Below, piece by piece: positions 25,408 through 31,910 of a stretch of 38,806 nucleotides of DNA (its first letter is position 1; each line of letters begins with the position of its first letter). The stretch comes from a virus. The notes beneath the pieces were generated by a model. It was given only the letters and a program-made list of their open reading frames with translations. It ran no database searches and was not told the origin of the DNA. Made by a program: the position numbers and the translations under genes. Where the stretch lies: the IMG/VR virus record IMGVR_UViG_3300045988_052964, positions 1-38,806 of that record; one strand, 5' to 3'.

Positions 25408-26283
25408 ATGAAAAAGAATATCATTTTATCAGCAGTAGTATGTAGCACATTGTTAGCAGGATGTGGGGCAAATACAAACCACGTCAAAACAAGTTCGAGC
25501 GTTTCCAAGGTTTCAACTTCAAAGGTTGTAAAATCATCATCATCAGTCAAACCTGACCCAAAAGCATCTGAAAGAACATGGACTTATAAAAACAATGTCT
25601 TTGATGCAGGAAACGAAACTTATAAATTCACTGGCTGGGACGTTGTGAATTCAGCAAACGAAGGCAAGAAAGTTCTAGTACTTTATTGTGATGTTACAAA
25701 TAATTCAACTGAAGAAATGGATCCATCAAATGTATATTTGGTTGTGGACGCATATCAAAAAAACGAAGCTTCAAATATGCGACTCAGCTCTGGAATGGTT
25801 GAATGTGACGAGAATGGAAATAATCCATTGCAACAATACGAAGATGCATTGTACAACAAACTATTACCTGGAAAGACAGTTAAAGCCGCTATATGGTTTG
25901 AATTTAATAATGACAGCCCGGTCCGAGTAGAATTTAAAAATTCAGAACTCGAAACCATTGGAATTAAGAATTACAAAGTTAGCAAGAAATTGAGTAAGGC
26001 TGATAGAGAAAAACTTAAGAGATCTAATGCATCACAACCAGCAGCACAATCAAATGAAGCTGCACAAACTAAAGGCACTGTTCAAAGTGACAACGGCAGT
26101 GATGTTCAAGCCCAAGTAAGTGATGACCAAACTTCAAAATCAAATGACGATGATCAAGTTGATACAGCTCAACCATCACAAGGTGGAACAATCTACCAAA
26201 CTAATAACGATGGTGATGGCTTCAAGGGCGATCCAGATGCTATTGCTGACACGCAGCAGAGAATGATGGAAGGAATAAAATAA
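25408..26283 (+). CDS. Secreted lipoprotein (DUF5067/DUF4352-like) with a Gln/Asp/Ser-rich tail
   Basis: Signal peptide with lipobox MKKNIILSAVVCSTLLAGC. The core VLVLYCDVTNNSTEEMDPS..GKTVKAAIWFEF. Confidence 0.7.
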   Translation: MKKNIILSAVVCSTLLAGCGANTNHVKTSSSVSKVSTSKVVKSSSSVKPDPKASERTWTYKNNVFDAGNETYKFTGWDVVNSANEGKKVLVLYCDVTNNSTEEMDPSNVYLVVDAYQKNEASNMRLSSGMVECDENGNNPLQQYEDALYNKLLPGKTVKAAIWFEFNNDSPVRVEFKNSELETIGIKNYKVSKKLSKADREKLKRSNASQPAAQSNEAAQTKGTVQSDNGSDVQAQVSDDQTSKSNDDDQVDTAQPSQGGTIYQTNNDGDGFKGDPDAIADTQQRMMEGIK

Positions 26284-26299
26284 GCGGGAGGCTACTACT

Positions 26300-26533
26300 A
26301 TGACAAATAAGAATTTTATTGGAACAATTGAAAGTGAAACAAAGGCGAAAAGCCTAGCTGTTTTAAAAGCCACAAACGACGGGGATGTGGTGAGTGCAAC
26401 CCCATTTGAAATATTTGATACGTTGCAAGGCAAAAGAATTCAGTTTCACCTTCCAATTAAAGCAAACCGATTTAAGGTGCTTTCGGTTGAAGGTGACGCT
26501 ATTGATGACTTGATAAATATAATTGAGATATAG
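26300..26533 (+). CDS. Hypothetical small protein (77 aa)
   Basis: RBS GGGAGG. No recognisable motif. Confidence 0.55.
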   Translation: MTNKNFIGTIESETKAKSLAVLKATNDGDVVSATPFEIFDTLQGKRIQFHLPIKANRFKVLSVEGDAIDDLINIIEI

Positions 26534-26544
26534 GAGAAATTATT

Positions 26545-26754
26545 ATGGAGAAGAAAATAACAGAATTAGATAAGGCAAAAGCGGTTGTATTCGATAAGAA
26601 TAACAGCTTCAAGAAGCTGCATGAAGTATCGGGTTGCTCAGTTTCGAGGCTTAGACACTATCGCTGTGAGCCTGAGTTACTAGAGACGGCTAGATGGATT
26701 ACAATTCACAGGCTAGCAAGTTTGTACGACGAGATAGCCAAGAGATACAAATAA
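26545..26754 (+). CDS. Small putative HTH protein (69 aa)
   Basis: SFKKLHEVSGCSVSRLRHYR is HTH-like. RBS AGGAGA. Confidence 0.5.
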   Translation: MEKKITELDKAKAVVFDKNNSFKKLHEVSGCSVSRLRHYRCEPELLETARWITIHRLASLYDEIAKRYK

Positions 26755-26905
26755 GGCGGTGATGGCGAGCGTGCCTAAAAGTACGACCGTTCCAATAAAG
26801 CAAAGACAAGTTCAATAACAAAACGTTACTGAGTTTATAAATTTCGTTTGCCGCCAAAAGTGGCGATGAAACAGTTTGATTTGAGATATAGGAGGAATTA
26901 AAACG

Positions 26906-27682
26906 GTGAATGAATTACAAATTTTTAACTTTAAAGGAAGCGAAGTAAGAACAGTAACTATTAACAACGAACCTTATTTTGTTGGTAAGGACGTTGCAGA
27001 TATTCTTGGGTATCAAAACCCCAGCCGTGATATTAACCGACATGTTGATCAAGAAGATCGTCAAAACTACCAAAACGGTAGTTTAGCATCAAACCGAGGA
27101 ATGACAGTAATTAACGAGTCTGGATTATATTCCTTAATCATTGGCAGTAAGTTGCCAGATGCAAAGAAATTCAAACGCTGGGTAACAAGTGAGGTATTAC
27201 CATCCATCCGTAAACATGGTACCTATATGACACCGGACAAGATCAACGAAATTTTGTCGGACCCAGACACAATCATTAAATTGGCTACACAATTGAAAGT
27301 TGAACGCGAAGGCCGGCTAGTAGCTGAACAACGAGTCAACGAACTGACACCTAAAGCCAGTTACTATGACCTTGTTCTACAAAACAAAACGTTGGTCACA
27401 ATTACACAGATTGCCAAGGATTATGGTATGAGCGGTCAAGAGTTAAACCGTAAGCTACATGAGCTAGGTGTTATCTATAGACAAGGCAACGTTTGGCTGC
27501 TATATAGTAAGTATCAACGAACAGGTTGGACCCAATCAGAAACGTTTATGGCTCCTAAACCAGACGGTACACAGAAGGCTGTGATGCATACCAAATGGAC
27601 ACAGAAAGGACGCCTAGGCTTATATGAGTTGCTTAAACAAAATGGGATCCTGCCATTAATCGAGACAGAAGATGAAGACTAA
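26906..27682 (+). CDS. Antirepressor-type protein (Bro-N plus KilAC)
   Basis: GTG start with RBS AGGAGGA. FVGKDVADILGY..FKRWVTSEVLPSIRKHGTYM is Bro-N-like. ITQIAKDYGMSGQELNRKLHELGVIYRQG is KilAC-like. Confidence 0.75.
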   Translation: MNELQIFNFKGSEVRTVTINNEPYFVGKDVADILGYQNPSRDINRHVDQEDRQNYQNGSLASNRGMTVINESGLYSLIIGSKLPDAKKFKRWVTSEVLPSIRKHGTYMTPDKINEILSDPDTIIKLATQLKVEREGRLVAEQRVNELTPKASYYDLVLQNKTLVTITQIAKDYGMSGQELNRKLHELGVIYRQGNVWLLYSKYQRTGWTQSETFMAPKPDGTQKAVMHTKWTQKGRLGLYELLKQNGILPLIETEDED

Positions 27683-27696
27683 AGGAGACGATAAAA

Positions 27697-27903
27697 ATGG
27701 AATTTGTAGGATATGTTGTAAAAATTAATAATTGTTATTATAGATCACAAATAAATGGTGATTATATGATCTGCAAATCATTTGATGAAGCAATGAAAAT
27801 TACATCAATTCGTTATGCTAGAAAAATCGCTGAAGAAATCGGCGGAGTAGTTAGACAAGTGTATGTTTCAGATGAAAAAATTGATGAATGTGGGGAACAA
27901 TAG
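27697..27903 (+). CDS. Hypothetical protein (68 aa)
   Basis: RBS AAGGAGA. Confidence 0.5.
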   Translation: MEFVGYVVKINNCYYRSQINGDYMICKSFDEAMKITSIRYARKIAEEIGGVVRQVYVSDEKIDECGEQ

Positions 27904-27905
27904 TT

Positions 27906-28133
27906 ATGAAAATACTAAATAAATTGTTATCCTGGCTAGTAGGAATTACAATTTTTGTAAACGGCATAATCTTGATTTTAGAGATATTCTATTTTCCTGA
28001 TATGTTTCTATTCAAGTTGTGGATCGCTGAGTTAGTAGCAACACTTGCAATAGTAGGGATCAAAGCGCATGTATCATATAAGGTTTTTGAGTTAGAGGAG
28101 GAAGAAACCAATGGAATTGATGGAAGAAATTAA
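27906..28133 (+). CDS. Small membrane protein (2 TM)
   Basis: Sequence MKILNKLLSWLVGITIFVNGIILILEIF...LWIAELVATLAIVGI. Confidence 0.5.
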   Translation: MKILNKLLSWLVGITIFVNGIILILEIFYFPDMFLFKLWIAELVATLAIVGIKAHVSYKVFELEEEETNGIDGRN

Positions 28134-28497
28134 AGAGCTTAAAGAATACAAAGAAGCTAAAGATTTACCAATTGCAGAATTAGCAAGAAGAATTGAAGCT
28201 GATGATACAACGGTTGGCAGATGGTTAAAAGGTATGGCTACACCTAGCGACTATTCTTTACTCAAAGTGCGAAGATTTTTAGATAGTGTCAAAGGCTGGG
28301 AAGGCTCGAAAACACTAGAACCATTTAAAGATAAAACAACTAGAGAGCACGAACGAGCAGAGAAAGATATTAACTATCTAAAACAACGTATTAAGGCTTT
28401 AAACGATATTGAAGAGTTGGATCCACTGGTGGCCGAATTAAACACCATTACACAGCTTGGAAAACTTATGCTTGATGCTTACGACACTACATTTTAG
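28111..28497 (+). CDS. Putative HTH protein
   Basis: LPIAELARRIEADDTTVGRWLKG is an HTH-like pattern. Its 3' end is duplicated at 28829-28954. Confidence 0.55.
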   Translation: MELMEEIKELKEYKEAKDLPIAELARRIEADDTTVGRWLKGMATPSDYSLLKVRRFLDSVKGWEGSKTLEPFKDKTTREHERAEKDINYLKQRIKALNDIEELDPLVAELNTITQLGKLMLDAYDTTF

Positions 28498-28521
28498 ACG
28501 CCAAATTAGGAGGACAAACAA

Positions 28522-28806
28522 ATGAATTCAGAAACAGATATCAATTGCAACACCGATTTTGCTGAAGTTGAGTCAGAAGAAGAAAAAATTAAGTGTAAAA
28601 AAGTGGCGGTTTTTCTAGCCAATGGTACAGAAATGGTAACTAACAACGTTTTGAGTGTTAGTGAATACACTAACGAACACGGCGGGCTTGCACTTGAACT
28701 TTGTGGCAAAAGCAAAACAGGGAAAACCAAAAAGATGGTTTTCAATCTAACAAGCAGTAACGTCATTGGATATTCAATAGAAGATCAAGAAACAAGCAAA
28801 TCTTAA
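28522..28806 (+). CDS. Acidic hypothetical protein (94 aa), a moron-like insert
   Basis: RBS AGGAGGA. Flanked by the 28372-28497 and 28829-28954 direct repeats. Confidence 0.55.
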   Translation: MNSETDINCNTDFAEVESEEEKIKCKKVAVFLANGTEMVTNNVLSVSEYTNEHGGLALELCGKSKTGKTKKMVFNLTSSNVIGYSIEDQETSKS

Positions 28807-28828
28807 GGATTGACCTTAACAAGTCGTA

Positions 28829-28954
28829 AACTATCTAAAACAACGTATTAGCGCTTTAAACGATATTGAAGATTTAGGCACATTAGTAACTGAATTAAAT
28901 ATTATCGCACAGCTTGGAAGCCTTGCGCGTGATGCTCACAAGGCGCCGTTCTAA
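28829..28954 (+). pseudogene. Start-less duplicate of the 3' end of gene 28111-28497
   Basis: Translates to NYLKQRISALNDIEDLGTLVTELNIIAQLGSLARDAHKAPF, against NYLKQRIKALNDIEELDPLVAELNTITQLGKLMLDAYDTTF in the intact gene. An in-frame stop lies at 28817 and there is no start codon. Confidence 0.7.
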
Positions 28955-28979
28955 AAGTATCAACAAAGGAGAAATTAAC

Positions 28980-29240
28980 ATGGATTATCAAAAAAAAGTA
29001 GACATGAAAGAAGTTAAAAAAATACAGAAACAAACAACTGAGATAGCTAAAATCTTGAAAAAAGAGGGCTATGAAGCGGGAGTAATAGCGTTAGGTAGAG
29101 GTACAGGGGTCGCGACTAATGTTTTTGGCAGCAGAAAAGATGTGCTATTTACTGTATACACTATTTTGGAAAATTTGAAAGAAGAAGACAAACTAATACT
29201 TTTATCTATGATCTCAGGTATCAAATTAGGAGATAAATAA
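28980..29240 (+). CDS. Hypothetical protein (86 aa)
   Basis: ATG 28980 with RBS AAAGGAGA. The track start 28914 lies inside the pseudogene fragment. Confidence 0.55.
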   Translation: MDYQKKVDMKEVKKIQKQTTEIAKILKKEGYEAGVIALGRGTGVATNVFGSRKDVLFTVYTILENLKEEDKLILLSMISGIKLGDK

Positions 29241-29730
29241 TTAAAATTTTGACCTTAGTTTCAGAGGAATGTTAAATCAATTGACCTTAGCACGTCATTA
29301 AACTGCTAAATACTGACGTGGTTATTTGAACGGTATACATTCACAAAAAACCGTAAATCAGGATCTCGCAAATAACGACACAGTACAGGCTTAGCATCTG
29401 TCGAAGGGTGCTGAGTCATAGGCAGTAGAGATGTAAGGAAGCTATAAAACAAAAATTTATTAAAAAGGTAGGTGTAATTTCCCTTTCTCATTAATTCATG
29501 CAGTAGCAGCCGAGCAAATTTATTGCCGAAACTAGACTATCCTTAGTTGCAGACTGCAAATTGTGAGCAAAAAAAATTATGAAAGAAGGTTCAAGCCTTC
29601 GTATATTCTTCGTATCTTGTTTGCAACTAATCTGCCTTGTATCTGCAAAATTTGAGCCAGTCACACGTTTTTGAGAGCGTGGCAAGGTATTTATACCGGT
29701 ATAATATTAAAACGATAAGGAGAGGTGAAA

Positions 29731-30225
29731 ATGGAGCTTATAACAGCAATTCACAACTTAGAACAATGGAGACCAATTATGGAGTGGGATGATCACATAA
29801 AGGAGCTGCCAGATGAGCTAAAAGAGAGTTGGAATAGAATACTACAAGCCAGAGGTATAGGGTTGATGGATAGGTTAGGACTAACACAAGCCGAAATCAG
29901 AGAAATATCCGAGTTGATTAACAATGACACACTACCAACTGAAGCATTCCGAAGATATGGGATCAAGTATGCAAAGCGCTTAGCCAAGAGATTGGGTATG
30001 GAAGATGTGATTGATAATTATTACAAGCGGGTTAAGTCGTATTACTTGATAAATGTTGTTACTAAAGAAAAGTATCAGTTTCATAGGTTACAAGATGCGG
30101 CTGAGTTTCTAGGAAGAAAAGACTATAGGTCGCTGCCGCAATACATTGATAGAGCTTTGCTCATTCCAAGAACAAGCTACAAGATTTATAGATACAGAAC
30201 ATTCAAGAAAAGAAAGAGGTTTTAG
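29731..30225 (+). CDS. Hypothetical DNA-binding candidate (NUMOD1/HTH-like C-terminus)
   Basis: ATG 29731 lies 8 nt after AAGGAG; the track uses GTG 29725. The C-terminus YYLINVVTKEKYQFHRLQDAAEFLGRKDYRSLPQYI resembles a NUMOD1-type HTH. Confidence 0.5.
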   Translation: MELITAIHNLEQWRPIMEWDDHIKELPDELKESWNRILQARGIGLMDRLGLTQAEIREISELINNDTLPTEAFRRYGIKYAKRLAKRLGMEDVIDNYYKRVKSYYLINVVTKEKYQFHRLQDAAEFLGRKDYRSLPQYIDRALLIPRTSYKIYRYRTFKKRKRF

Positions 30226-30226
30226 C

Positions 30227-30418
30227 ATGAAAAAGATCATGGCGTTAATTTTTACAATAATTTCAGGAGTAAGCATGTTTGGAGTCATTACAGGATATAT
30301 ACTTGATGCACTTGGCTTATGTGGAGCAGGCTTCTATCTAATAGGAATAGGTGAGGTTGTATGTGTTGCATCTGCAGCGGCGGTTGTCACAATTGGTATT
30401 TTTAGCTATTTAGAGTAA
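30227..30418 (+). CDS. Small hydrophobic Gly/Ala-rich membrane protein (63 aa, 2 TM)
   Basis: Sequence MKKIMALIFTIISGVSMFGVITGYILDALGLCGAGFYLIGIGEVVCVASAAAVVTIGIF. Confidence 0.5.
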   Translation: MKKIMALIFTIISGVSMFGVITGYILDALGLCGAGFYLIGIGEVVCVASAAAVVTIGIFSYLE

Positions 30419-30451
30419 TAAAAACGATTGTATCATAAGGAGTGCAGGCTT

Positions 30452-30892
30452 GTGGAAGATATGCTACTAGATTTACCTCAGGTTAATTACGATGGAACAG
30501 CTGATAACGTTGTAAAGTTTCTAACAAACAGAAGCTACTACCCTAGGATGTATGATATATACATGCAAGCTAATCCAGAGAAATTAAAGAGCCCAAGTTT
30601 AAGTGGTATGCCTGGAGGTAGTGTTGGAAACAGCAACGAAAATAAAATGATCAAATATTTGTATGCAAAGGCGATTGTAGATGGAGTTAGACAAACGATA
30701 GACAAGGGTTCGCATGAGTTAAAAGTAGTGTTTAGTAACATAACCGGAGAGATAAGTGCGGTTGAAGCGATGCGAATGTTACACTATGAAAAAACAAGAT
30801 ACTACTTAATTAGAAAACAGGCTTTAAATGAATTTGCCGATATTTTAGAAGTTCAAAATTTGCATTGCCCAGATCTACATGCTTATATTTGA
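30452..30892 (+). CDS. ArpU-family late transcriptional regulator
   Basis: KSPSLSGMPGGS motif and a C-terminal HTH/sigma region-4-like segment. GTG 30452 lies 9 nt after AAGGAG; the track start is TTG 30428. Confidence 0.6.
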   Translation: MEDMLLDLPQVNYDGTADNVVKFLTNRSYYPRMYDIYMQANPEKLKSPSLSGMPGGSVGNSNENKMIKYLYAKAIVDGVRQTIDKGSHELKVVFSNITGEISAVEAMRMLHYEKTRYYLIRKQALNEFADILEVQNLHCPDLHAYI

Positions 30893-31034
30893 ATATTGCA
30901 TAAAAGCGGAGACCAAAGGGATTTGTTGAAAACGTACATTGAAAGCAAAAAGGATGCAGCCAAACGAAAAAGGTGGTATTATATTATTGTCGAAAGACAT
31001 AGTTAATCATTCATTTCAAAATTAAATAGTTTGC

Positions 31035-31063
31035 TTTTCAAAGACAGCGAGATGAGTTATAAT
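31035..31063 (+). promoter_or_regulatory. Promoter (TTTTCA, 17-bp spacer, TATAAT); candidate late promoter downstream of the ArpU-family gene
   Basis: -10 at 31058-31063. Confidence 0.45.
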
Positions 31064-31069
31064 AAACTT

Positions 31070-31357
31070 GTCTCTTATGTGGTGTGTAGGAGCACCACAC
31101 TCTGACATTAAATAACTTTAGCGTGATATTCTTTGGTTTTTCATTACTGAGAATAAGCCTCCTTTAGAATGATATTTGGAGTGTGGTTCCAGTTCGATCC
31201 TGGAACACTACTTTGTGTGTATGACACTATCCATACCGTGACCACAACGTTATGTGGATATAATTGTAATTCCTATTGTTATTCATGTTGGCTTTTCAAC
31301 TATCATTTTTCATTATATTCCTTTACAGAGAACAGTTTTAATGACTGTTCTTTTTTT
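31070..31357 (+). ncRNA. Candidate structured leader or ncRNA of about 290 nt
   Basis: No credible ORF or RBS. Hairpin 31078-31099. T-arm-like hairpin TTCCAG-TTCGATC-CTGGAA at 31187-31205. Hairpin CCACA-ACGTTA-TGTGG. Ends in a terminator. Confidence 0.3.
31327..31357 (+). terminator. Intrinsic terminator 22 nt upstream of the Panacea gene start
   Basis: Stem GAACAGT/ACTGTTC (extendable to 10 bp) with a 7-nt loop and a T7 run. Confidence 0.7.
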
Positions 31358-31378
31358 ATACAATTTAGGAGGTTGTTT

Positions 31379-31888
31379 ATGCAAAAAATTGAATTGCAAA
31401 GCCCTATAGCTGTGGCTAATTTTATAATTGAAGTTGCTAAGAAAGAAGGAAATCCAGTTACAAATTTGAAGCTTCAGAAAGTTTTATTTTTTCTACAGGG
31501 ATATTGTTTGAATGAGTACAATAGGATATTATTTGATGGAAAATTTGCTAAGTGGCAATATGGCCCTATTGAAGAAGAAATATATCAGATATTTAAACCT
31601 CAGGGATCCATGCCTATTGATTTTCTAAGTACACAAGGAAAAATCGAAAATGGGATAATAAAGTTGTATCACGAAAAAATTGATTTACCTCAAGAATACA
31701 TTGAGGAATTGAAAAGCGTGGTGATAAAGATAAATCAAAAAGCACCATGGGAATTGTTTGAATTAACGCATAAACATAGTAGCTGGTATTCTTATAAAGA
31801 CGATATAAGCAGGGGAATTGCAATTGATTATGCAAACGATGAGATAGAAAAATGCTTCAAAGATAATTTTAGCCAGCTTAATAGCTGA
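31379..31888 (+). CDS. Panacea (DUF4065, SocA/GepA-like) antitoxin-domain protein with no adjacent toxin
   Basis: RBS AGGAGG lies 8 nt upstream. VANFIIEVAKKEGNPVTNLKLQKVLFFLQGYCL...FAKWQYGPIEEEIYQIFK matches the DUF4065 core pattern. Confidence 0.7.
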   Translation: MQKIELQSPIAVANFIIEVAKKEGNPVTNLKLQKVLFFLQGYCLNEYNRILFDGKFAKWQYGPIEEEIYQIFKPQGSMPIDFLSTQGKIENGIIKLYHEKIDLPQEYIEELKSVVIKINQKAPWELFELTHKHSSWYSYKDDISRGIAIDYANDEIEKCFKDNFSQLNS

Positions 31889-31910
31889 CTTTTTATTTTG
31901 CAAAGAAGGG

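Noticed and set aside
29306-29685. Two consecutive minus-strand ORFs (61 and 64 aa) in the 29.2-29.7 kb gap
   Set aside because: They have no RBS (one uses a TTG start after AAATACC) and would be the only reverse-strand genes in the genome. I treat the region as non-coding.
31178-31212. Possible tRNA gene, based on the T-arm-like hairpin TCCAG-TTCGATC-CTGGA followed by ACACTAC
   Set aside because: I could not build a cloverleaf. There is no D-arm or anticodon arm at the right spacing. The only 5' partner for the acceptor strand (GTGGTGT at 31079) is 132 nt away and pairs better locally. I kept it only as a structural element of the leader (or a possible tRNA-derived relic).
31169-31378. N-terminal extension of the Panacea ORF in the track (start 31169, 239 aa)
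   Set aside because: The extension has no RBS (it is preceded by CCTCC) and an odd Cys/aromatic-rich composition. It reads straight through a strong terminator. ATG 31379 has a perfect AGGAGG RBS.
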